24,000 nt of DNA from Massilia atriviolacea (lineage in GTDB: Bacteria; Pseudomonadota; Gammaproteobacteria; Burkholderiales; Burkholderiaceae_D). Shown one piece after another: positions 1-7,781 of this stretch; the first letter of the stretch is position 1; each line of letters opens with the position of its first letter. A program made the translations under genes and the position numbers. The stretch is taken from positions 1,946,003-1,970,002 of the forward strand of contig NZ_CP051166.1 of assembly GCF_045016065.1 (NCBI RefSeq), in the 5' to 3' direction. Below the pieces are notes generated by a model, which did not search any database, was not told the DNA's origin, and worked only from the letters and a program-made list of their open reading frames with translations.

Positions 1-1
1 G

Positions 2-2734
2 ATGCAGCGCGTCGAGATCACCGGCTCGTCGATCAAACGCGTCGCCGCTGAAACCGCGCTGCCTGTCACCATTCTCAAACGCGAAGACATCGAGCGTACC
101 GGCGCCACCTCGGCCCAGGACCTGGTCAACCTGATTCCGGGTAACTTCGGCGGCGGCGTTACCGCCAACAACGTCGGCGCCTCCGGCGTGCCGTCGACCG
201 CCAACCTGCGTGCCCTCGGCGCGCGCTACACGCTGGTGCTGCTGAACGGCCGCCGCGTGGCCAACTATGCGGTCGGCAACAATCCGGTCGACCTGAATTC
301 GATTCCGCTGTCGGCCATCGAACGCATCGAGGTGCTGCGCGACGGCGCTTCGGCCGTGTACGGCGCCGATGCGGTGGCCGGCGTGATCAACTTCATCCTC
401 AAAAAAGACTACAAAGGGATGGAAGTATCGGCCTACAAGACCCACGTCGACCAGGGCGGCGGCAACACCAAGAGCTTTAACGTCACGGGCGGCTTCGGCG
501 ACATCGCGACCGACCGCTTCAACGTGCTGTTCAGCGCCAACCACGAAGAAAACGAAAAACTGCGCGCCTCCGACCGCAGCTTCTCGACCACCTCCGTGCG
601 TCCCGACCTGGGCATCAACAAGTCCTCGCCGCGCAACGGCGTGCCCAACCTGAACTTCACCGATTCGCTCGGCAACAAGTACGTGGGCGTGAACCCGTAC
701 CGCTACAACGGTTGCAAGAACGAGGAATTCAGCCTGGTCATCAACAGCGAAAAAGGCTGCGGCACCGACTACGTCAAGTACATCGACCTGATTCCTGAAG
801 CCAAGCACAGCAACCTGGTCACGCGCGGCGTGTTCAAGGTCAGCGACAGCCTGGAACTGTTCGCCGAAGCGGCGTACACCAAGGACAAGATGATCGCGGC
901 GTACTCGCCGGCGCCGTACACCGAGACCATGCGCTATCCGGCCAGCGGCCGTTTCTATCCTAAAACCGTCAAGCTGCCGAAGGGCCTGGTACTGCCTGCC
1001 GGCTACAAAATGCCGAACGGCACCGTGACCACCGCTGAAACCGTCCTCGCCGCCGACATGGATGTGATGCCGACCGGCGACATCACCGGTACCTGGCGCA
1101 CCGTCGCCGGTGGCGGCCGCACCGACCTCAACGAGACCCAGAACACCCGTGTGGTGGTGGGCGCCAAAGGCAATCTGGCCGGCTGGGATTACGAGACTGG
1201 CCTGAGCTACGGCAAGAATGAAGTCGAAATCAGCTTCGGCCCCGGCAAGTTCAGCTACGCCAAGCTGCGTCCCCTGGTGGTTTCCGGTGAAATCAATGTA
1301 TTCGGCTCACAGGACGCGGCCAGCCTGGCCGGCCTGCTCGGCGCCCAGCTGAGCGGCTTCCAGAACGGCGGCGTCTCGACCTCGAAAGAGTTCGATTTCC
1401 GCATGTCCAAGGAAGTGTTCAACCTGCCGGCCGGCGCGGTGGGCTTCTCGGTCGGTACCTCGTACCGTACCGAAAAGCTGACCCAGACCTCGTCCCCGGT
1501 GCTGTCCTCGGGTGACGAAGTCGGCGGCGCCGGTGAAATTCCCGGCGTCAGCGGCGACCGTAAAGTGTTCGGCCTGTTCACCGAAGCTGTTGTCCCGGTC
1601 ATCAAGGACCTGGAGCTGACCGCCGCCGCGCGCTACGACAAATACAAGAACGGTTTCGGCACCGAATTCGACAACCTGAGCCCGAAACTCGGCTTCACCT
1701 ATCGTCCGAGCACCGCCATCATGGCGCGCGGTTCGGTGGCACGGGGCTTCCGCGCACCGACCCTGGTCGACAACCTGAATCCGAAGGCGCTGAACAATAC
1801 CTCGTCCAACTTCAACGATCCGGTCCGCTGCCCGAACGGCGTGCCGGTCAACAGCATCAATCCGGTCGGCGAGCTGCAGGATGAGTGCTCGGTCCAGCTG
1901 ACCACCCAGAACAGCGGCAATCCGGACCTCAAGCCGGAGAAGTCGAAGCAGTACACCCTGGGCCTGGTATTCCAGCCAACCTCGACCATCAGCGGTTCGA
2001 TCGATTACTGGAACGTGAAAATCGACAAGTCGATCAACGCCATGTCGGAAAACACGGTGTTCGGCGATCCGGTTGCCAACGTCAACCAGTTCTACCGTTA
2101 CGATCCGGCCATCGAAGCGGCCACGCCAGGCGCACCAGGCTCGCTGGATAACCCGATCCGCGGCAGCACCAACAAGGACTTCCCGCTCGCCTACGTGGCC
2201 CTGCCACGCGTGAACACCGGCAAGTTCTTTGCTGCCGGCGTCGACCTGAACCTGAACTATCGCCAGAAGATGGGCGACATGGGCACGCTGGGTGCGAACT
2301 TCGATTCGACCTACTACACCAAGCACGGCTACCAGTACCAGGGTTCGCCGGAAGTCAGCGACCTGGGCAACTTCAAGGATTTCGGTCCGACCCCGCGTTT
2401 CCGCCACACCCTGGGCCTGACCTACGGCATCGGCCAATGGACCGGTTCCCTGACCCACAACTACACCAAGGGTTACTGGGATTACACCGATCCGGCGCTG
2501 ATCGGACCGGATTACCCATTGCTGCGCAAGGTCGGCGACTACTCGACCTTCGACGCCACCCTGGGCTGGAAACCGATGAAAAACGTGAGCCTGACCTTCG
2601 GTGTCAAGAACATCGCCGACGAAGATCCGCCATCGTCGCGTAACGGCGCCAACTTCCAGGTCGGCTACGATGCGACCTTCACCAACCCGCTGGGCCGCAC
2701 GTTCTACGCACGTCTGAACTACAAGTTCCTGTAA
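2..2734 (+). CDS. TonB-dependent outer-membrane receptor, 5' end cut by the window edge
   Basis: The frame is open from the window edge. Plug-domain motifs are present (QRVEITGSSIKR, LLNGRR, IERIEVLRDGASAVYGADAVAGVINFILKK), followed by a long beta-barrel region and a C-terminal RLNYKFL. Third-codon positions are strongly G/C-biased. Confidence 0.9.
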   Translation: MQRVEITGSSIKRVAAETALPVTILKREDIERTGATSAQDLVNLIPGNFGGGVTANNVGASGVPSTANLRALGARYTLVLLNGRRVANYAVGNNPVDLNSIPLSAIERIEVLRDGASAVYGADAVAGVINFILKKDYKGMEVSAYKTHVDQGGGNTKSFNVTGGFGDIATDRFNVLFSANHEENEKLRASDRSFSTTSVRPDLGINKSSPRNGVPNLNFTDSLGNKYVGVNPYRYNGCKNEEFSLVINSEKGCGTDYVKYIDLIPEAKHSNLVTRGVFKVSDSLELFAEAAYTKDKMIAAYSPAPYTETMRYPASGRFYPKTVKLPKGLVLPAGYKMPNGTVTTAETVLAADMDVMPTGDITGTWRTVAGGGRTDLNETQNTRVVVGAKGNLAGWDYETGLSYGKNEVEISFGPGKFSYAKLRPLVVSGEINVFGSQDAASLAGLLGAQLSGFQNGGVSTSKEFDFRMSKEVFNLPAGAVGFSVGTSYRTEKLTQTSSPVLSSGDEVGGAGEIPGVSGDRKVFGLFTEAVVPVIKDLELTAAARYDKYKNGFGTEFDNLSPKLGFTYRPSTAIMARGSVARGFRAPTLVDNLNPKALNNTSSNFNDPVRCPNGVPVNSINPVGELQDECSVQLTTQNSGNPDLKPEKSKQYTLGLVFQPTSTISGSIDYWNVKIDKSINAMSENTVFGDPVANVNQFYRYDPAIEAATPGAPGSLDNPIRGSTNKDFPLAYVALPRVNTGKFFAAGVDLNLNYRQKMGDMGTLGANFDSTYYTKHGYQYQGSPEVSDLGNFKDFGPTPRFRHTLGLTYGIGQWTGSLTHNYTKGYWDYTDPALIGPDYPLLRKVGDYSTFDATLGWKPMKNVSLTFGVKNIADEDPPSSRNGANFQVGYDATFTNPLGRTFYARLNYKFL

Positions 2735-2800
2735 TTGCCGGGGTGCGCGGCGGTTGACAGACAGCCACCGCGTATCTTTGCAAGAAACTTGTATGACGTA

Positions 2801-2838
2801 AAAAACCCCGCCGGACGCATGTCCGGCGGGGTTTTTTC
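2801..2838 (+). terminator. Rho-independent terminator after the first TBDR gene
   Basis: Perfect 11-bp stem ccccgccggac (2806-2816) / gtccggcgggg (2821-2831) with loop gcat and a following T6 run. An A5 run precedes the stem, so it could work in both directions. Confidence 0.8.
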
Positions 2839-2947
2839 TTGCCTCCTGTATTTGCGAAATATCAGGGGCTTGATCTGGCTCAAGCTCACCCGACCCGGCG
2901 CACGTAAGCTCTAAAGCGGACTGATCCAGATCCGCTTGGGAGGACAT

Positions 2948-3925
2948 ATGCAAATCGTGCTGGCCAATCCGCGCGGCTTCTGTGCCGGGGTCGAGCGGGC
3001 GATCGAGATCGTCGAGCGCGCCCTCGACGTCTTCGGCGCCCCGGTCTACGTGCGTCACGAGATCGTGCATAACCGCCACGTGGTCGCCGCTCTGCGCGAG
3101 CGCGGCGCGGTGTTCGTCGAGGAACTGGCGCAGGTGCCGGAGCACGGCATCGTCGTGTTCAGCGCGCACGGCATCGCGCCGCAGGTCCGGGCCGAGGCCG
3201 ACGCGCGCCGCCTGCGGGTGTTCGACGCCACATGTCCGCTGGTCGCCAAGGTCCACATGGAGGTCGGGCGCCACGCGCGCGACGGCCGCGAGGTCATCCT
3301 GATCGGCCACGCCGGCCACCCGGAAATCGTCGGCACGCTCGGCCACTACCGCGGCGCGGCCGCGCGCGCCATCCACGTGGTCGGCACTGCCGGCGAGGCC
3401 GAGCGGCTCCAGGTGCAGGACGGGACGCGCCTGGCCTACGCCACCCAGACCACGTTTTCGATCGACGATGTCAAGCCGATCCTGCAGGCCCTGCAAGGGC
3501 GCTTCCCGGCGCTGATCGGGCCGCGCAAGGAAGATATCTGCTACGCCACCCAGAACCGCCAGTCCGCCATCAAGGAACTGGCCGCCAGCTGCGACCTGAT
3601 CCTGGTGATCGGTTCGCCCGCCAGCGCCAACTCGCAGAGGCTGCGGGAAATTGCCGCGCAACAGAACGTCGGCGCCTACCTGCTCGATCACGCCGACCAG
3701 TTGCAGCGCGACTGGTTCGACGGCCGCCACTGCGTCGGCATCACTTCCGGCGCCTCCACCCCCGAAGTCCTGCTCGAGCAGGTGGTGGCGCGCCTGGTCG
3801 CCTGGGGCGCCGGGCCGGTCGTCAACCGGGCGGGCGTGCAAGAGCACGTGGTGTTCGCGCTGCCGCGCGCGCTGGCCGGCGCCGCGCCGCGCGTCGCCGA
3901 ACCCGAACCCGAACCCGAACTTTAA
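2948..3925 (+). CDS. ispH: 4-hydroxy-3-methylbut-2-enyl diphosphate reductase (IspH/LytB)
   Basis: N-terminus MQIVLANPRGFCAGVERAIEIVE is the classic IspH start. The three Fe-S ligand cysteine contexts are present (GFCAGV, ATCPLV, ICYATQNRQ). I prefer ATG 2948, with GGGAGGA at 2938-2944, over the TTG at 2936 used by the track. The C-terminus ends in an EPEPEPEL tail. Confidence 0.95.
   Translation: MQIVLANPRGFCAGVERAIEIVERALDVFGAPVYVRHEIVHNRHVVAALRERGAVFVEELAQVPEHGIVVFSAHGIAPQVRAEADARRLRVFDATCPLVAKVHMEVGRHARDGREVILIGHAGHPEIVGTLGHYRGAAARAIHVVGTAGEAERLQVQDGTRLAYATQTTFSIDDVKPILQALQGRFPALIGPRKEDICYATQNRQSAIKELAASCDLILVIGSPASANSQRLREIAAQQNVGAYLLDHADQLQRDWFDGRHCVGITSGASTPEVLLEQVVARLVAWGAGPVVNRAGVQEHVVFALPRALAGAAPRVAEPEPEPEL
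3899..3919 (+). repeat. In-frame hexanucleotide microsatellite (GAACCC)x3 plus GAA, encoding the EPEPEPE tail of IspH
   Basis: Read directly: gaa ccc gaa ccc gaa ccc gaa, immediately before ctt taa. Confidence 0.85.
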
Positions 3926-3944
3926 CCTCTTGAGGAGAACCATC

Positions 3945-4295
3945 ATGCCCGAGCAAACCGTTTCCATCGTGTCCTGGCCCGAGCAGCCGGCCCGGATCGA
4001 CCATACCTTCACGCTGGACAAGCCGTGCCCGGTGTCGATCTCCTTCGAACCGGCGCCGGCCAACGTGACGCTGTCGAGCGACCCGCAGCGCCCGCTCCAG
4101 GTCAGCATGAACATGCAGCTCGTCGCGCGCGAGCCAGTGCCGGTCTGCATCACCGTGTGCGAACCGATCTGCGCGCGCAGCGACTATACGATCGGCATCG
4201 AGGTGTTCGGCAACCCGTTCGCCAGCATCAGCGTGCGCGGCACCACGCGCCTGTTCGCGTGCCGCGACGACACGCCGACGCCGGTGCCGGGCTGA
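3945..4295 (+). CDS. Hypothetical 116-aa Cys-rich protein, family not recognised
   Basis: ATG 3945 is preceded by GAGGAG (3932-3937) with a 7-nt spacer, 19 nt after the ispH stop. Third-codon positions are almost all G/C. The protein has five Cys including C68-x3-C72-x3-C76 (VCITVCEPIC) and an internal repeat PCPVSISFEP / PVPVCITVCEP. No signal peptide is evident. The track embeds it in the longer ORF 3651..4295. Confidence 0.7.
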   Translation: MPEQTVSIVSWPEQPARIDHTFTLDKPCPVSISFEPAPANVTLSSDPQRPLQVSMNMQLVAREPVPVCITVCEPICARSDYTIGIEVFGNPFASISVRGTTRLFACRDDTPTPVPG

Positions 4296-4336
4296 TACCT
4301 TCCGATATGCGCCACCACCACCAGGAGCCGTGAGCG

Positions 4337-5026
4337 ATGCCAAGCAATGACAGCGACAACATCAGCATGACCCGGGCCGAACTCGATTACCTGATGCGCA
4401 TGGCCGGCAAGACCTCGCGCATCGTGCAGCAGGCCGCCTCGACCCTGGAAGAGGAAATCGCGCTCGGCGTGGCGGCCGCCAAACGGGTCGAAATGCGTTT
4501 CGTGGACGTGGAAAAACTGCGCGCCGCCGACCCGGCCGACGTGATGCAGCGCTTCCGCCGCGATGCGCACGAGGTGGTCGACATCCTGCTCGACATGGTG
4601 GTGCTGGCCAGCAACTCGCTGGGCGCGCTGTCGGAGCGGGTGGTCACGGTGCGTCCCGGCGGCGCGGCGGCGCCGAAGCAGGGCGGCGACGCCACCGCAT
4701 CCTTGAGAATGCCGCAGCCGGTCGCGCCGGGCGGATCGCTCAGCGTGCCGATGACCCTGGAAAACGCGGCCGATGTGCCGACCGACACCTTCCGCCTCCA
4801 CTGCGCCGACCTGCTCAGCGACAGCGGCGCCCGGCTCGCGTCGGCCCAGATCGGCTTCGCGCCGGAGCAACTGGCCATCCCCGCGCGCTCCTCGGCGACC
4901 GTGCTGATCACCGTGACGGTCCCGTCCGATGCCGCGCCCGGCACCTATTCCGGGCTGCTCCTGGCCAGCCAGCTGGAGCAGGTGCGCGCCGTGCTCACCG
5001 TGCAGGTCGAGTCGGCCGGTGAGTGA
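4337..5026 (+). CDS. Hypothetical 229-aa protein with a helical N-terminal half and a beta-sandwich-like C-terminal half, family not recognised
   Basis: ATG 4337 has AGGAG at 4323-4327. G/C3 bias is strong. The C-terminal ~100 aa (GGSLSVPMTLENAADVPTDTFRL...IPARSSATVLITVTVPSDAAPGTYSGLLLAS...VLTVQV) follows the alternating pattern of CARDB / Ig-like beta-sandwich domains. This is pattern recognition, not a search result. No signal peptide is evident. Confidence 0.75.
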   Translation: MPSNDSDNISMTRAELDYLMRMAGKTSRIVQQAASTLEEEIALGVAAAKRVEMRFVDVEKLRAADPADVMQRFRRDAHEVVDILLDMVVLASNSLGALSERVVTVRPGGAAAPKQGGDATASLRMPQPVAPGGSLSVPMTLENAADVPTDTFRLHCADLLSDSGARLASAQIGFAPEQLAIPARSSATVLITVTVPSDAAPGTYSGLLLASQLEQVRAVLTVQVESAGE

Positions 5027-6062
5027 GGCGGCCGGGCGTTCCCGTTTTGTCGAGGCCAGCCTGGCGCGCTACAAGGAAATCACCATGGCGCGCCTGCTGG
5101 ACTACCTGCCCAGCAAGGAGCCGCGCCGTTATCTGTACGACTTGCTGCCCGTGTATCCGCTGCGCTCCGGCAAGGGCTTGCGTCCGGCGCTGTGCATCGC
5201 CGCCTGCTGCGCCTTCGGCGGCGAGGTGCGCCGGGTGCTCGAATCGGCCGTCGCCATCGAGCTGTACCACAACGCCTTCCTGATCCACGACGACATCGAG
5301 GACGGCAGCGAACACCGGCGCGGGCAACCCACCCTGCAGGCCGACCAGGGCCTGGCGGTCGCGCTCAACGTGGGCGACGCGATGCAGGCGCTGTGCATCC
5401 GCCTGCTGCTCAACAACCTGGCCATCGTCGGCCCGCAACTGACCTGGCGCATCGTCAACGAAATCGAGCACATGGTGTGCCAGACGGTCGAAGGCCAGGC
5501 GCTGGAACTGGGCTGGGTGCGCGACAACGTGGCCAACCTGAGCGAGGAAGACTACCTGCGCATGGTGCTCAAGAAAACCTGCTGGTACACCTGCATGCAC
5601 CCGCTGCGCATCGGCGCCCTGGTCGCCAGCGGCGGGGCCGTCGCGCCCGAGCGCTTCGACCGCTTCGGCTACTACATGGGCGCGGCGTTCCAGATCCAGG
5701 ACGACATCCTCAACCTCGACGCCGACGAGGGCAAATACGGCAAGGAAATCAACGGCGATATCTGGGAAGGCAAGCGCACCCTGATGCTGATCCACGCGGC
5801 GGGCCGCTGCGACGAGGACGAAAAACAGCGGATCCGGCGCTTCCTGGCGCTGCCGCGCGGCGCGCGGGAGCAAGCCGAGGTCGCGTGGGTGCGCGCCACC
5901 ATGGACAAGTACGACAGCATCGCCCATGCGCGCAGCTGCGCGCGCCAGCTGGCCGGCGCGGCCCTGCACGAATTCGACCTGATCTTCGGCGCGCTGCCCG
6001 ACTCCGAACACAAGCGCTTCTTGCGCCAGGTGGTGCTTTACATGATCGAACGCGATCTGTAA
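5019..6062 (+). CDS. Polyprenyl diphosphate synthase (trans-isoprenyl diphosphate synthase family, GGPP-synthase-like)
   Basis: The first Asp-rich motif FLIHDDIEDGSEHRRG lies at 5289-5303 (DDIED). The second motif is FQIQDDILN (5700-5714). GKGLRP and GKEINGDIWEGKRT motifs are also present. The likely start is GTG 5019, overlapping the upstream stop (GTGAGTGA). The alternative start is ATG 5085. The track start at 4929 lies inside the upstream gene. Confidence 0.88.
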   Translation: MSEAAGRSRFVEASLARYKEITMARLLDYLPSKEPRRYLYDLLPVYPLRSGKGLRPALCIAACCAFGGEVRRVLESAVAIELYHNAFLIHDDIEDGSEHRRGQPTLQADQGLAVALNVGDAMQALCIRLLLNNLAIVGPQLTWRIVNEIEHMVCQTVEGQALELGWVRDNVANLSEEDYLRMVLKKTCWYTCMHPLRIGALVASGGAVAPERFDRFGYYMGAAFQIQDDILNLDADEGKYGKEINGDIWEGKRTLMLIHAAGRCDEDEKQRIRRFLALPRGAREQAEVAWVRATMDKYDSIAHARSCARQLAGAALHEFDLIFGALPDSEHKRFLRQVVLYMIERDL

Positions 6063-7561
6063 TCGGGCGCGGCGGGCGTATGCTCCTGTGCGCCGGGCCG
6101 CAGCAGCGCCCCGGCCACGCCGCCGCCCAGCTCGAGCGCGCTGCCGGCCACGCCCAGGCCCCAGTCGAGCGCGGCGCGCGGGTGGGCCGCCATCGACAGC
6201 GCCACCCCAGCCGCCGCCGTGCCGGTCCGCAAGCCGAGGCGCAGGCAATGGGCGCGCCCGCGCAGCAGGTGCTGCGCGCCCATGCCCGCCAGCGACAGCA
6301 CCGCCTGCTGCGCGCTCTTGCGCAGGATGTCGGCGCCCATCACGCGGCGCGCCGGCACCAGTCCGGCCAGCACGCCGCCGGTGATGTCGGCGTAGGCGGG
6401 GTCGGCGCGGGCGCGGGCCACGATGATGTGCAGCGCTTCCAGCCAGAGCGGGGTCAGGTGGCGGTTGCGGATCAGCTGCACGATCAGGCGCGCCAGCGCC
6501 ATGTCGAAGCGCAGCTCGCGTTCGATCCGCTGCGCGTAAGGCAGCAGGCCGGCGTGCGAAAAATCGTCGCGCGCGCGGGCCGCGATGAGCGTCTCGGCGG
6601 CCCAGCGCCCGCTCAGCATGGCGTACTGGATGCCTTCGCCGTTGAGCGGGTTGATCAGGCCGGCGGCGTCGCCCGCCAGCAGCACGCGCCGGCCCACGCA
6701 GGGCAGGGCGGCATCGTAGGTGGTCAGCGGCCAGCCCGTTACCGGTCCGCGCAGTTGCGCGTTGCCGAGGCGCGCGCGCAGGGCCGGATCGCTCGTCAAC
6801 AGCTGCAGCATCCGCTGGCGCAGGTGTTCCTCGTTGCGCGGCAAGGTCTCGCGCACCATGCCGATGCCGACATTGGCCGCGTTCGGCCCGGTGGGAAACA
6901 GCCAGTAATAGCCGGGAAAGGTCGCGTCCGAAAAATACAGGTCGCAGCGGTTGCCGGTGTCCGGCAAGCCATCCATGTAGCAGCGCATCGCGACGATGCG
7001 GTTGCGGTCCGGCACCGCGTGCCCGCGCAGCAGGCGCGCCACCACGGAGCTGCTGCCGTCGGCGCCGATCAGGGCCTGGGCGCGCAGGGTGGCGCGGCCG
7101 GCCGGCCCCTTGACCGTCACGCTCACGCCGCCGGCGTCGCTGGCGAAGCCTTGCACGCGGGTGTTTTCCAGCACGCGGGCGCCGGCCGCGCGCGCCCGGT
7201 CGAGGATCCACTGGTCGAGCGCCTTGCGCGCGATGACCCTGCCGTGCGCCGGCATGCCCGCCACGCGCGGGATGGGATGGGTGATCAGGTGGCGCCCGTT
7301 CAGGTACAGCGCGGCCTCGTGGATGATGTTCGTTTGCCGGTAGCCGGGCAGGGCGGCCATGCCGAGGCGGTGCAGTTCGAGCAGGGCGGCGGGGCCGACG
7401 AAGTCGCCGCAGACTTTGTCGCGCGGAAATTGCTGATGGTCGATCAGGAGGACGGCAAAGCCGGCATCGGCCAGGTGGGCGGCCGCAGCCGCGCCCGCCG
7501 GGCCGGCGCCGGCGACGATCACGTCGCCATCGAACGCGGCGGCAATTTTCAGAGTCAGCAT
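6038..7561 (-). CDS. FAD-dependent oxidoreductase of the geranylgeranyl reductase family (507 aa, with a C-terminal extension)
   Basis: The N-terminal dinucleotide fold GDVIVAGAGPAGAAAAAHLADAGFAVLLID is followed by FPRDKVCGDFVGP, as in GGR/MenJ-type reductases. The internal LLAGDAAGLINPLNGEGI motif is typical of the family. About 100 extra residues follow the expected end. Confidence 0.85.
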   Translation of the reverse strand: MLTLKIAAAFDGDVIVAGAGPAGAAAAAHLADAGFAVLLIDHQQFPRDKVCGDFVGPAALLELHRLGMAALPGYRQTNIIHEAALYLNGRHLITHPIPRVAGMPAHGRVIARKALDQWILDRARAAGARVLENTRVQGFASDAGGVSVTVKGPAGRATLRAQALIGADGSSSVVARLLRGHAVPDRNRIVAMRCYMDGLPDTGNRCDLYFSDATFPGYYWLFPTGPNAANVGIGMVRETLPRNEEHLRQRMLQLLTSDPALRARLGNAQLRGPVTGWPLTTYDAALPCVGRRVLLAGDAAGLINPLNGEGIQYAMLSGRWAAETLIAARARDDFSHAGLLPYAQRIERELRFDMALARLIVQLIRNRHLTPLWLEALHIIVARARADPAYADITGGVLAGLVPARRVMGADILRKSAQQAVLSLAGMGAQHLLRGRAHCLRLGLRTGTAAAGVALSMAAHPRAALDWGLGVAGSALELGGGVAGALLRPGAQEHTPAAPDYRSRSIM

Positions 7562-7781
7562 GGCGGGCAGTTCTGGACAGGGAATCGTTCAGTATCCGCG
7601 CCGTGCGCAAGTGCATTGCTGATGTAGCGCAAAAAGCGCACAAAAACGCGTGCGGCGGTAGGGATCCCAAGCGTGGACATACGCCCGCGCGCGCAGTTGT
7701 GCGATCATTGACTGCCGGCCCTGTTCCCTCGGGCAGACATGCGCATCGCGACCCGCTTCCATCCGTTCAAGGAGAATGACC

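Noticed and set aside
2936-2947. The track start (TTG 2936, MGGHMQIV...) for ispH.
   Set aside because: ATG 2948 yields the canonical MQIVLANPRGFCAGV N-terminus and is preceded by GGGAGGA at an appropriate spacing. The TTG itself lies within or adjacent to that RBS.
1307-4153. 948-aa minus-strand ORF overlapping the first TBDR gene and ispH. Similar giant ORFs occur at 4995..7670 (-), 5192..7627 (+), 9437..11833 (+), 12118..14898 (+), 16790..20023 (-), 22777..24000 (-) and 22793..23941 (-).
   Set aside because: Their translations are Arg/Ala/Gly/Pro-rich low-complexity strings typical of off-frame or antisense reading in high-GC DNA. Each lies entirely opposite to, or out of frame with, a gene that has clear family motifs and proper G/C3 bias.
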